In this document: piece by piece, positions 40,555 to 50,806 of the stretch
Numbering within the stretch: the first letter of the stretch is position 1
How the letters are laid out: each line of letters opens with the position of its first letter
DNA from: Nitrospirota bacterium
Lineage (GTDB): Bacteria; Nitrospirota; UBA9217
Reading direction: 5' to 3'
Length of the DNA: 64,000 nt
NCBI GenBank assembly: GCA_963749655.1
Contig: CAVVOB010000022.1
Location: 149,398-213,397, forward strand
The notes under the pieces: generated by a model
The model's input: only the letters and a program-made list of their open reading frames with translations
Database searches by the model: none
Told to the model about the DNA's origin: nothing
Translations under genes and position numbers: made by a program

Positions 40555-41970
40555 GTGACATTACGCAGACTGCTCCGTCTCGCGTGTCTCATAGGCGTGC
40601 CGTTGGCGGCCAGTGGCCTATTGGGCGTACCGGCTGCGATCGGAGGCGGACAGACACGCTCCGGCAACGACACAGTGCTCGCGCCGACACCGCCGCTCGG
40701 ATGGAACAGCTGGGACTCTTACGGCCTGCGCATCAACGAGCAGCAGTTCCGCGACAACCTGGAGGCGTTCGCCGCGAAGCTCAAGCCCTTCGGCTACTCC
40801 TACGCTGTCATCGACGAGGGCTGGTACATGGTCAATCCCGAGGATCGGCCCAAGCCCGACCTGCTGAAGTACGCGCTGGACGAGAACGGCCGGTTCATCC
40901 CCGTGCCGGTGCGCTTTCCGTCGGCTCTCCAGGGCAACAAGAACGTGGGTTTCGAGGCGCTCGGCCAGTGGGTGCATTCGAAGGGGCTGAAGTTCGGCGT
41001 TCACGTGATCCGCGGCATCCCTCGTGAGAGCGTGACGCGCAACCTCCCCATCGAGCGCTCGAGTTTCATGGCGCAGGACGCGGCTGATCAGAACGATCCT
41101 TGTCCCTGGGACCCGACGAGCTGGGGAATCAAGGACAACGAAGCCGGCCAGGCCTGGTACGACTCTCTGCTGCGGCAGTTCGCCGGATGGGGAGTCGATT
41201 TCCTCAAGGTGGACTGCATTGCCGACCACCCCTACAAGCCCGCCGAGATCCGCCAGATCACACGGGCGATCCAGCGCAGCGGCCGCGAGATCGTCCTGAG
41301 CCTCTCGCCGGGGCCGACCGCGGTCGAGCGTCACGCAGAGGTCGCCGAGCTCGCCCAGATGTGGCGCATCTCGGACGATGTCTGGGACCTGTGGGAGACG
41401 GGCCAGCAGAAGTGGCCCATCGGCGTCAAGAACCAGTTCGACAACACGGCACGTTGGGCACAGTACACGCGGCCCGGCGCCTGGCCGGATGCCGACATGT
41501 TGCCGGTCGGGGAGCTCCGGCCGTTCCCCGACGTAGGCCCGGGTGCGCGGCATACGAGGCTGACTCCTACCGAACAGCAGACGCTGCTGAGCCTCTGGGC
41601 GATGGCGCGAAGCCCGCTGATCGTTGGCGCCAACCTCACCCTGCTCGACGAGCCGACCGTGCGCCTCTTGACCAATCCCGACATCCTGAGGATCGACCAG
41701 GCCGCCACGGCCTCGCGGCAGGTGCTGCGCGACGGCGATCTCGTGGTGTGGACTGCGGACCTGCCCGCAGGCCAGCACGCCTTGGCGGCATTCAACCTGG
41801 GTGAGAGACCGATTCCTCTCGACCGTTCCTACGATAGCTTCGGCCTGCGGAGGGGACCACACAAGGCGAAGAATGCGTGGACCGGAGAGCGCCTGCAGCC
41901 GAGCGAGCGTCTCGGCACGACACTCGAGCCACATGCCAGCCTCGTTCTGATGCTCGACACTGAAGAATAG
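40555..41970 (+). CDS. GH27 alpha-galactosidase-family enzyme, secreted
   Basis: TPPLGWNSW, IDEGW, WGVDFLKVDC, MWRISDD, WPDADML. Confidence 0.92.
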   Translation: MTLRRLLRLACLIGVPLAASGLLGVPAAIGGGQTRSGNDTVLAPTPPLGWNSWDSYGLRINEQQFRDNLEAFAAKLKPFGYSYAVIDEGWYMVNPEDRPKPDLLKYALDENGRFIPVPVRFPSALQGNKNVGFEALGQWVHSKGLKFGVHVIRGIPRESVTRNLPIERSSFMAQDAADQNDPCPWDPTSWGIKDNEAGQAWYDSLLRQFAGWGVDFLKVDCIADHPYKPAEIRQITRAIQRSGREIVLSLSPGPTAVERHAEVAELAQMWRISDDVWDLWETGQQKWPIGVKNQFDNTARWAQYTRPGAWPDADMLPVGELRPFPDVGPGARHTRLTPTEQQTLLSLWAMARSPLIVGANLTLLDEPTVRLLTNPDILRIDQAATASRQVLRDGDLVVWTADLPAGQHALAAFNLGERPIPLDRSYDSFGLRRGPHKAKNAWTGERLQPSERLGTTLEPHASLVLMLDTEE

Positions 41971-42038
41971 GGGTTCTCCAGGCCGGGCCGCTCCAGGCTA
42001 GAATCCGGCCGCCGCCGAGCACTCAAAGGAGCGACAAC

Positions 42039-42432
42039 ATGCGATTGGTCAGGGGAATCCTCGTGGGCGTCGTGGTCGTCCTCAGCCTCTCTCTCGCTTT
42101 GCCGGCACTGGCCGCCGACGTCACCGGCCAGTGGAAGGCGGAGTTCGACACGCCGGTCGGCGTCCAGAAGTACACGTTCGATCTGAAGGTCGACGGCGAG
42201 AAGCTCACCGGCAAGGCTGCCTTCGAGCGGATGGGGCAGACAGGCGAGGCCGAGCTGAAGGAGGGCAAGGTCAGCGGCGACACGGTCTCGTTCGTCGAGA
42301 CGTTCGACGCACAGGGAATGCGAGGTCCGCGTCGAGTACACCGGCAAGCTGCAGGGGGACGAGATCCGCTTCACGCGCAAGGTGGGGGAGTTCGGTACCG
42401 AGGAGTTCGTCGCGACCCGCGTCAAGAAGTGA
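42039..42432 (+). CDS. Small secreted beta-barrel hypothetical protein, frameshifted
   Basis: Signal peptide, ADVTGQWKAE...LKVDGEKLTG; the alternate frame ends YTGKLQGDEIRFTRK...ATRVKK. Confidence 0.7.
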
Positions 42433-42458
42433 CGCGGTACGCTCCGGGAAGGGTCTCG

Positions 42459-42863
42459 TCAGCAGTCGCGAGACGAGATCTCACGCTCCCCGAAATGCCG
42501 CTTCTCCCATCGCCCCCTGCGCGCGGCCATGCCTCGCGCGTCCGTCACGTCTTCGTTTCCGAACTGGATCGACAGTCTCGGCCGCTCCCAACAGTGGGAA
42601 GCAACGGTCCAGGCGGGTCCGCCCGACGTCGTCCATAGCCGCCTCAGCTCGGCGATCTGCGACAGCAGGACGCTCTCGAGACGGTCCTCCGGGCATCGGG
42701 AGTGACTGCGGACGACGCCGTCCGGCTTCTCGTGGTAGACGGCGACGTGGCCGCTGTCCTCGAGTAGCTCGGCGTAGATCCAGGCCTTCACCGCGTCCGC
42801 GTCGACACCCTCCCTCAGCGTCTCCGCGATCTCGTCGCACAGGGTCTTGATCTCAGGCGTCAT
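42459..42863 (-). CDS. YezG/DUF600-like immunity protein (orphan)
   Basis: KAWIYAE...ELRRLW...AWT...LSIQF...RR.RWEKRHFG pattern. Confidence 0.5.
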   Translation of the reverse strand: MTPEIKTLCDEIAETLREGVDADAVKAWIYAELLEDSGHVAVYHEKPDGVVRSHSRCPEDRLESVLLSQIAELRRLWTTSGGPAWTVASHCWERPRLSIQFGNEDVTDARGMAARRGRWEKRHFGEREISSRDC

Positions 42864-43061
42864 GTGAGTCTCCAGATAGGTAGGGGAAGGGCCACGCAGC
42901 CAGCGCCTTGCGCGGACAGCGCATTCACTCGATGGAGTTAGACCATCCGCGACGGATTCTGTTCCCGCCGAGTCGCCAGGAGCCTCCGGTGGACACGCTC
43001 ACGCCATCCCGCCTCCGCCGACGCGCCCGCATCGCCGTGGACTGCTGGCCAGGGCCGAGAG

Positions 43062-43230
43062 ATGCAGGCGCTCCGGATCGTGAAGCGCCGAGCAGCCGCG
43101 GCGGGGCTGCCGCGCGAGATCTGCTGCCACACCTTCCGGGCGACCTGGATCACGTCCTTCCTCCTGAACGGCGGGGAGCTCGCCAAGGCCCAGAGGATCG
43201 GCCAACCACGAGTCCCCGCGCACGCCCTTC
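43062..43230 (+). pseudogene. Tyrosine recombinase fragment (box II)
   Basis: VKRRAAAAGL..ICCHTFRAT.IT..L.NGG.L..AQ; HESPRT in a shifted frame. Confidence 0.75.
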
Positions 43231-43389
43231 GTCTTCCCGACGACCACGGGCGGACGGCCGCATCCCGACGCGCTCAAGCCGGTGCTCTACCGGTTGAAGG
43301 GGCTGCGTTCGAATGGGCAGCCAGCATCGACCAGCAGCACGCGAAGGCGCGGAAGCGTCTTTTTCGACCAGCAAGCACGCGAAGGCGCG

Positions 43390-43675
43390 GGAAGCTGTCC
43401 TGCCCGACGACGTCACGGTTCACGATCTGCGGCGCACCGTTGGCCATCGCCTGTTGACGCAGGTAAAGGCCGCACCGTGGGTGATCGATCACGTGATCCT
43501 CGGGCACGTGCGACCGAAGGTCGTTCGCACCTACCAGCCCGAGCTGCCGCTCGACGACGCGCGCGAGGCACTCACGAAGTGGGCCAAGCTGCTCGACGAC
43601 ATCGTGAGTGTTGAAGAGCCGGGAGATGAGACGGCCGCGCGGGAGCGCCGGCGCCCCGACCGCCCCAGGGCGTGA
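43390..43675 (+). pseudogene. Second, phage-type integrase C-terminal fragment
   Basis: HDLRRT...ILGH...RTY...REALTKWA. Confidence 0.75.
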
Positions 43676-43684
43676 TCGGCTGCA

Positions 43685-43850
43685 CTAGCCAGGTTCTGCC
43701 TCGAACCTGATGAGCCGCTCGAGGAGGATGTCCTCCAAGCTGCGGCGTCCGTCGCACACGCCGAGCACGAAGACACGGCGCTGCACACGGTAGATCACCC
43801 GGTAGGGCGTGACCACCAGTTCCCGGTATTCCCGGATGTGGAGCCGCGAG
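43685..43850 (-). pseudogene. ParE/RelE toxin C-terminal fragment
   Basis: Manual translation IREYRELVVTPYRVIYRVQRRVFVLGVCDGRRSLEDILLERL. Confidence 0.75.
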
Positions 43851-43960
43851 GCCCGGGTGCCTCGCGCCTACGGTCGAAGGCCGTCCGACCACAAACGCGC
43901 GAGCATCCGAGGGCGCGGAACCCGGCGGTCGTCCCCGACGTAAGGCATTCGCGAGGAACC

Positions 43961-44704
43961 ATGATCCAGGTCGAGTCCCTCGTGAAGGTGTACCGCGACG
44001 TGACCGCGGTCGACGGCCTCACGTTCGCCGTAGCGCCGGGCGAGGTCCTCGGCCTCGTCGGGCCCAACGGCGCGGGCAAGACCACCACCTTGCGTTGCAT
44101 GGCCGGCATCCTGCCACCGACCTCTGGGCGGCTTCGGATCGCCGGCTTCGACCTCGAGACGGAACCGGTCGAGGCCAAGCGCCGCCTCGCGTTCATGCCC
44201 GACGAGCCACGCCTCTTCGAGTACCTCACCGTCGCCGACCATCTCGCGCTCTCGGCGCGCCTCTATCAGGTGAAAGGCGCCGCCGAGAAGACGCGGACGC
44301 TCCTCGAGGAGCTGGAGCTCTCGGGGCGCGCGCGCGCGCTGCCGTCGGAGCTGTCGCGCGGCATGAAGCAGAAGCTCGTCATCGCCTGCGGGCTCCTCCA
44401 CGAGCCCCAGGTCCTGATCTTCGACGAGCCCCTGACCGGCATCGACCCCATCGGCATACGACGCATGAAGCAGACCATCCTCGCCCGCGCGAAGGCGGGA
44501 GCCGCGGTGATCGTCTCCTCGCACCTGCTGCACCTGGTCGAGGAGATCTGCGGCCGCGTCCTGATCCTCCACCGCGGCCGGTCGGTCCTCCTGGGCACCC
44601 TCGACGAGGTCCGGGCAGCCGCGGGGGGCGGTGACGTCTCCCTCGAGGACGTCTTCTTCCGCATTACCGAGGCGGCCGGGCCCGCGTCGACGCCGCCCGA
44701 ATGA
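43961..44704 (+). CDS. ABC-2 type ATP-binding protein
   Basis: GPNGAGKTT, LSRGMKQK, FDEPLTGID, SSH. Confidence 0.92.
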   Translation: MIQVESLVKVYRDVTAVDGLTFAVAPGEVLGLVGPNGAGKTTTLRCMAGILPPTSGRLRIAGFDLETEPVEAKRRLAFMPDEPRLFEYLTVADHLALSARLYQVKGAAEKTRTLLEELELSGRARALPSELSRGMKQKLVIACGLLHEPQVLIFDEPLTGIDPIGIRRMKQTILARAKAGAAVIVSSHLLHLVEEICGRVLILHRGRSVLLGTLDEVRAAAGGGDVSLEDVFFRITEAAGPASTPPE

Positions 44705-46531
44705 CGTCGACAGCGAGCGTCTTCGCGTTCCTCCTTCGGCGCACCCTCGCCGGCGCGGCCCGCCGCCGTCTCGCGAGGCTGCGCGAGCCGCGCTACCTCC
44801 TGGGCGGCATCGTGGGGGCGCTCTACCTGTATTTCTGGTTCGGGCGGGCCATGCTCCGGAACGTCACCCACCCTCACGTCCTCGGTCCACGCCTCCAGGT
44901 CTCGCCCGAAGCGCTGGCGCTCTTCCTCTCCCTGGCCGCCGCCGCCCTCGCCGTGAACGCAGCCCTGTTCTGGGTCTTCCACACCGGGCGTCCCGTCCTC
45001 CACGTGAGCGAGGCCGACGTGCAGTTCCTGGCGCCAGCCCCGCTGCCGCGGCAGGCCCTGCTCTAGCTCTCGCTTCTCCGAACGACTCTGGCGATCGGCT
45101 TCGGCGCGCTCGTCATGGCACTTGCTCTCGGCCGCGACTTCGTCCCCCACTTCTGGCAGGCCTTCGTGGCGGCTTTCGTCGTCCTCTCGACGATGCAGCT
45201 CCACGCCCTGGGCCTCGCCTTCTGGAAAGCGCGCCAGGCTCGAGGCGCCGCCCGCGACGCGACGCCTGATGCGCCTCGCGACCGTCGCCGTGGCCGCCGT
45301 CGGGCTCGCAGCCCTCACCTGGGTCGGCGTCGGGATCTACCGTGCAATCCGAATCGTCGTCTCTATCCCCGACGCCCCCTCCGCCTTCCGTGCTCTCCCC
45401 GACGGCCTCGCACCGTGGGCCTCGGGCTTCGTACCCGTCGTTCTGCTCGCGCCTTTCCGCGCCCTGCTCGCACCGGCCCTCGCGCCCGACACGCGTCACT
45501 TCCTCGTTTCGCTGCCAGCGGCGCTCGCGGTCCTGGCTGCGCACTACGCGTGGGTCCTCAGGACCAACGCGCGATTCGAGGAGGCGGCACTCGAAGGCGC
45601 GCGCCGACGCGCGGCGCGAGCCGAGAAACGCCAGAGCGGCCGCCTTCATGGGCCGCCCTCGGAGGCGCAGCGCGCGGTCGTGCCGTTCGCCCTGCCGCCC
45701 CAGGGGAGGCCTGAGATGGCCGTGCTCTGGAAGAACCTGATGAGCCGGCGTCGGTCGCGGCTCCGCAGCGCAGCCGTCTGGTGGGCAGTCCCGACGGGCC
45801 TCGTCTTCGTGGCGTCGGCCGCTTTCGGTATCGCCTATGCGACGGTAGTGGGGCCTGTTCTCCTTCTCCTGGGCCTCGTCTGTGCGGCCGTTTCCGGCGC
45901 CGTGTCCCTCGCCCTGCCCATGGCCAGCCGCAACGACTTCCGCGAGGACCTCGAGAAGGCCGCGGTCCTCCGCACCTGGCCGCTGTCGCCCACGCGGCTT
46001 GCCCTCGCCGAGCTCGCGGCTCCCTTCGTCACCACCGTCACGGTGGCGGGCATCATCCTGAGCGTCGGCGTCGCCGCGATCGCGGGAGGGCGTGTGGCCC
46101 TCGCCTGGCACGGGCTGCCAGCGGGCGTCGCTGCGGGACCGGTGCCGGTGCAGTGGATCGCTCCCGGGCTCTTCGCCCTCGTCTTCCTGCTTCCGGCGCT
46201 CGCGGCGGCAGTGCTCGTGGTGCAGAACGCCGCCGTGCTCACGTTCCCCGCCTGGTTCCCTCCAGGTGGCCAGCGCCGCGGCATCGAGGCCACGGGCACG
46301 CGCCTCATCGCGTTCGCCGGGACGATGCTCCTCCTGATGCTCGCTTTCATCCCTGCCGTGCTGGCCGGGTCGCTCGTGGCAGTCCTGGGATGGTCGATCC
46401 TCGGTCCGTGGTCGCTCGTTCCGGCCATGGCGGCCGCATCGCTTCCCGTCTGGATCGAGGCGGCCGCGGGTGTCGCCCTGCTGGGCCGGCTCTTCGCCCG
46501 GTTCGACGTCTCAGCCGAGTCCTGGACCTGA
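44701..46531 (+). CDS. Putative ABC exporter permease; in-frame TAG at 45064 and a frameshift near 45245
   Basis: Multi-TM protein, EADVQFLAPAP, AVLWKNL, RNDFREDL..LRTWP. ATGA overlap with the ATPase gene. Confidence 0.75.
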
Positions 46532-46539
46532 GATACGCG

Positions 46540-46705
46540 TCACGGCCCTTCCGCGAGCATTGCCTCCAGCCTGTCCAGTCGCGCTCTCAGGTCCTCGATA
46601 GTCCGCTGCAGCTTCTGCACCTCGTTGAAGAGCATCGCGTTCACGAAGTGATAGCGGACGGTGTACGGCGCGCCATCCTCGGCGTAGGCTGCGAGCCACG
46701 GCGCC
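46540..46705 (-). pseudogene. C-terminal remnant of a peptidase S74 (intramolecular chaperone)/tail-fibre-like protein
   Basis: PWLAAYAEDGAPYTVRYHFVNAMLFNEVQK followed by a coiled coil. Confidence 0.6.
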
Positions 46706-46815
46706 AGCCGGGCCGCCGGTGCGCTCGGGATGCTAGGGAGAGATGCGCAATACTGAGAGCGTGCGCCGCTCGCGTGGGGCGAGCGGCGGTCGTTGACGAT
46801 CGGGAGGTGGATGAG

Positions 46816-48015
46816 ATGGGTGCGCGGATGAGTGGTGCCTGGGCGAGGGTCGGGGTCACGTGTCTTGCCGCGGGCCTCTTGATGTGCGGGACGGCGTCGG
46901 CGCAATTCCTCGACGAGTTCGGTGGGCCGGCGATTCAGAAAGGCTGGACGTGGTTCACGGGCGATGGGACGGCCACCAACGATTTCCAGCAGGGCGACGG
47001 TTACGGGACGATGCTGGTGGACGGCACCAAGGATCGCGCCAACATCTGGTGGGCGCTCATCAAGCGCAACGTCGCGCCGTCCCTCGACCTCAAGCGTCTC
47101 AGCCTGCCCGGCCAGGAGCTGCGCCTCGAGGCGCGCGTGCGCATCTACGAGACGCCACGCCGCGTGCACCTTTCCGCGAACACGCAGAAGACCACCGACT
47201 ACGAAGAGCATCTGAGGGAGTTCGACATCGCCGACACGGGCTGGCACACGATCAGCATGACGACGCACGGTTTTCAGGCGGAGCCGGGCGACGAGGTGAA
47301 CATCCAGTTCGCGATCACGGACTGGGGGCTGGGCAAGCATCGGGCGGACATCGACTACTACAAGGTGGACGTCGTGGACGCGGCGTCTGCCGCGCCCGAC
47401 AAGGGGGAGCCGCTGCAGGTTCGCCCACCCGTCCCTGATCTCGGCACGTTCTCTGAGAAGGTGCGCGTGGCCCAGGACAGCACGGTCAACCTGCAGTATC
47501 CGGACGTGAATCTGAACGGCTGGTTCACAGCGGATGACGGGAAGAAGGCGCCGGTCCTGACGGTGAGCGGCGTGCAGCTCGTCATCCTGCGCTGGGACCT
47601 CAGCGCATACGCGGGCAAGCGCGCGGCCGGCGCAGGCGTGCTGGAGCTGACGACGCACTCACTCGCGCGCGCGATCGTCGAGCCAGAGGAGCTGGGGCAG
47701 GTGCGTGTGACGGAGATCCTGGCCGGCGATCCCAATTGGGATCAGCGGACGGTGACGCTGGACGGCCTGTTGCAGGGGCAACCGCTGGACGCGGTGCTCA
47801 ACCCGCAGATGAGCATCGACGAGAGGGTGGCGGAGGGGCGGGGCGCGAAGACGCTCATCACCATCTCGCGGCCGGTGCTTCAGCGGCTGCTGGACGGCCG
47901 GACTCTCGGCCTGGCGATCCGTCCCCTGGGCCCGGTCGACGCCACGTTCTACGCGTCCGAGTACGAGGGCGGCAGACTCGCCGCCACGCTGCACTTCGGT
48001 TTGCAGAGGCCATAG
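46816..48015 (+). CDS. Secreted hypothetical protein with two beta-rich domains (C-terminal DNRLRE-like)
   Basis: Signal peptide ending ASA-QFLDEF; AQDSTV..QYPDVN, ILRWDLS, FYASE. Confidence 0.65.
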   Translation: MGARMSGAWARVGVTCLAAGLLMCGTASAQFLDEFGGPAIQKGWTWFTGDGTATNDFQQGDGYGTMLVDGTKDRANIWWALIKRNVAPSLDLKRLSLPGQELRLEARVRIYETPRRVHLSANTQKTTDYEEHLREFDIADTGWHTISMTTHGFQAEPGDEVNIQFAITDWGLGKHRADIDYYKVDVVDAASAAPDKGEPLQVRPPVPDLGTFSEKVRVAQDSTVNLQYPDVNLNGWFTADDGKKAPVLTVSGVQLVILRWDLSAYAGKRAAGAGVLELTTHSLARAIVEPEELGQVRVTEILAGDPNWDQRTVTLDGLLQGQPLDAVLNPQMSIDERVAEGRGAKTLITISRPVLQRLLDGRTLGLAIRPLGPVDATFYASEYEGGRLAATLHFGLQRP

Positions 48016-48089
48016 GGGTCCGAGGCCCGAACGAGCGCGGCCGGGCGCCGGAGCGCGGACCGTTCGCTGCGGGAAGTTGGGCTTCGGCG

Positions 48090-49475
48090 CTACTTGCGGA
48101 GCCGGCTCTGGCGCTTGCGCCGGCGCCTGGCCAGGTCCCCCTTGACCCCGACCACCAGGAGCCGGGCCAGGAGAGCCGGGGTGACCATCCGGCCGCGCAG
48201 GAGCTTCCAGGCCAGGCGCAGCACATGCCCCGGCGAGTAGAAGCGGCGCCAGATGGCGCGCTGGATGTCCCGCAGCTTTTCGCGGGAAATGAGGTCCGAG
48301 TAGACGAAGCCCTCGCTGGAGATGTGATAGCCGGGAGTGTCGGTTACCAGCTGGCGCAGCCCGTCGAACGGGACCGTCCTCAGGGCGGAGAGGCCTACCG
48401 TGTCGAGGCCCAGGCGCCGGGCGAAGGGCGCGATGGCCAGCATGTCCTCCTCGGTTTCCCCGATGCATCCGAGAATGAAGTAGCCGTGGAGCAGCATGCG
48501 GGTATGCCGCAGTGTCGCGAAACACCTCTCGATCTTCGCGGTGTCGAACCCCTTGGCCAGAGAGCGCAGGGTCCGGTCCTGCGCCGACTCGATCCCCAGC
48601 AGCAGCGCCACGAAACCGGCCTTCTCCATCTTGCGGACCACGTCCATGCGGGCGGAGATCTCGATGCGCGCATTGGCCACGTAGTACTTCCGGATGCCGC
48701 GCTCCATGATGAGGTCGCAGAGTCTGGACACCCGGTCCATGTCATGGTTGAGGATGTCGTCGGTGAATAGCACCAGGTCGGCATCGATCCGGCCCAACTC
48801 CTCGACCACCGATTCCGGCGACCGGGCGCTGTACTTGCGCTTCTCGCCCAGGGGATTGCGGCTGAACGAGCAGAACTTGCAGTTGTGGGGGCAGCCCCGG
48901 GAGCCGCTCAGCAAATCGATCGCCACTCCCGTGTCCGCCCCATCGAAGTCCACGGTATAGCGGTGGCGGCGCAGGCGGCGGTCAGGGTAGAGGTCGTTGC
49001 GAATGGACCCCAGCGCCCGGCTGGAGTTGTGGACGATCGTCCCGTTCCGGCGGTAGCTGATGCCCGCGATACTCTCGAGGGGCCCGCACCCGGCGATCTC
49101 TTCGATGGCCTCCTCGCCGTCGCCCCGGACCAGGATGTCGACGTTGGGGCAGTCGGTCAGCCAGCCTTCGGCGTCCTCGCTGGCATGGCGGCCGCCCATC
49201 ACGGTGAGTATCCCCGCGGGGATGGATCGGACCTGCTCGCGCACGAAGTCCCCGTCGCGGTCCCAGTTGACCGACAGGCACACCAGGTCGGTCTCCGGCT
49301 TCAGGAAGTCCCGCGCCACGCCGGGCTCGTGTCGGAGGTCGATCACCTCGATGCTCCGGCAGTGCGGAGCCAGCACCCGGGCGATGGTCTCGAGCCCCAC
49401 CGGCGGGTAGTAGCGTCCGCGCTTGAGGTCCTCGCGGTAGGGGTAGAGGCAGAGGCAGTGGTTGTACGCCGGCAT
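48090..49475 (-). CDS. B12-binding radical SAM protein
   Basis: PPVGL, GGRHAS, RGDGE, SRGCPHNCKFC, LGIES, GYFILG. Confidence 0.9.
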   Translation of the reverse strand: MPAYNHCLCLYPYREDLKRGRYYPPVGLETIARVLAPHCRSIEVIDLRHEPGVARDFLKPETDLVCLSVNWDRDGDFVREQVRSIPAGILTVMGGRHASEDAEGWLTDCPNVDILVRGDGEEAIEEIAGCGPLESIAGISYRRNGTIVHNSSRALGSIRNDLYPDRRLRRHRYTVDFDGADTGVAIDLLSGSRGCPHNCKFCSFSRNPLGEKRKYSARSPESVVEELGRIDADLVLFTDDILNHDMDRVSRLCDLIMERGIRKYYVANARIEISARMDVVRKMEKAGFVALLLGIESAQDRTLRSLAKGFDTAKIERCFATLRHTRMLLHGYFILGCIGETEEDMLAIAPFARRLGLDTVGLSALRTVPFDGLRQLVTDTPGYHISSEGFVYSDLISREKLRDIQRAIWRRFYSPGHVLRLAWKLLRGRMVTPALLARLLVVGVKGDLARRRRKRQSRLRK

Positions 49476-50078
49476 TCCCTGGATAACCCGTCCAGACCCG
49501 CGTCGGCGGGTCGATCTGGCGGCATCATACGCGACGCACCATCCAGGCCGCTCCTGCCGAGTTGTGCGCACAGCAAACTCGCGTCCAGTGGAAACCAGTG
49601 TGGAAGAGCGCGGTCCAGTGGGGCAAAGGAAGGGGTTCTGCGGACTATCAGGGCGAAGCAGGTGTGTGCGGCGCTGGGGCGTGCGAGCGCCCAGAAACCC
49701 AACATGCTGCCGGCCGCCTCTCGTGTAGCCTGTGTCGCGAAGGAGTTTTTTGGCGAGCGCGGCATCGCTTCGTTGATCTACGACAAACGCGGCGCGGTTC
49801 GAACGCCAAGTCCTCGATTTGGAGGAACACGACCGGGCGGACGGACGTGCCGGCCTGCAGACATGTGCGGGCGGCCAGATGGTCAAACCTCTCCACGAGC
49901 ACGCGTGAGGCGAGGTCGAAGTCGAGGATAGGCTCGAGCACCACGACGACAGGCCAGACGCATCTGACTTCCCGCACCGGAAGCCTCGGAACCTCGCGTA
50001 GGCGCGGGAGAGCGAAGGTGAAACGTATGTTTCGTACCACGCCGGACACTCTGGCGGGTCTTGTCGACTTGCGCGGTA

Positions 50079-50672
50079 TCACTTGGCCCTGAGTGCCTTC
50101 AGGGTCCGATTCACCGCATCGAGGTCGAAGGCGTCGGGGTCGAACGGCCCGCCGGTCATGCCCTCGATCCAGGCCTTCGTCTCCTCGTGTTCGTCGTGGT
50201 CAGGATCCCGAAGGCACTCGAGCTTCTCGTAGTACCCCGGGACGCCGCCGGAGTCCTCTGGGGGACAGGCCCTCTCGCCGGCGAGGCACGAGGCTCCCTC
50301 GGTATGTTTCGCGTCGAACCGCACTCTCTCCACCAGAACCTGGTGGCGCCAGGAGTCGCCCAAGTCGTACTCGTAGATGAAAGCCTCGCCCTCTTCGCGT
50401 GCGATGCCGCTGAGGCGGGCGCGCCGCTCGTCCCGGACATCCCATTCCGGGTCGGGCTCCGCGTACACCACACCGCCGGCTGTGAAGGTGTGGATGTGCG
50501 AGTTCGTCCATCCCATGGCCGTCTGGAGGATGCGGTCGAGGCGCGCCAGGGTCACGTCGCCGGGAACGCGCACGCGCCGCCAGATGGGCGGGTCGGTTTC
50601 CATGAGCGTGACCTTGAGTTGGTAGACACCAGGCGGCGCGACCCGGACCTTCTCGATCTTGGTTCGTCCCAC
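50079..50672 (-). CDS. Plasmid pRiA4b ORF-3 family protein
   Basis: YQLKVTL..PPIWRR, MGWTNSHIHTF, YEYDLGDSW.H, GERACPPEDSGG, FDPDAFD. Confidence 0.9.
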   Translation of the reverse strand: MGRTKIEKVRVAPPGVYQLKVTLMETDPPIWRRVRVPGDVTLARLDRILQTAMGWTNSHIHTFTAGGVVYAEPDPEWDVRDERRARLSGIAREEGEAFIYEYDLGDSWRHQVLVERVRFDAKHTEGASCLAGERACPPEDSGGVPGYYEKLECLRDPDHDEHEETKAWIEGMTGGPFDPDAFDLDAVNRTLKALRAK

Positions 50673-50806
50673 GCCCGTATCTTACCGAACCGCGTTCAGG
50701 CGCCGAGGAGGTGGTCCGGGAGGGAGTAACATTCCTGCTTGAGGCCGGACGCCCCGGCTCTTGTCCCCCACCAGAGCAGCGCATCCTCACCTGACGGGAG
50801 GGTTCC

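Noticed and set aside
45064-45066. In-frame TAG in the ABC permease (and another at 33149-33151 in the membrane fusion protein) as pyrrolysine or stop-codon reassignment
   Set aside because: Neither is at a catalytic position, there are no pyl genes, and TAG is a normal stop in many genes here. A base-call error is more likely.
49690-50060. Fragment ERGIASLIYDKRG resembling an alpha/beta hydrolase piece, plus adjacent short frames
   Set aside because: Too short and degraded to delimit as a feature.
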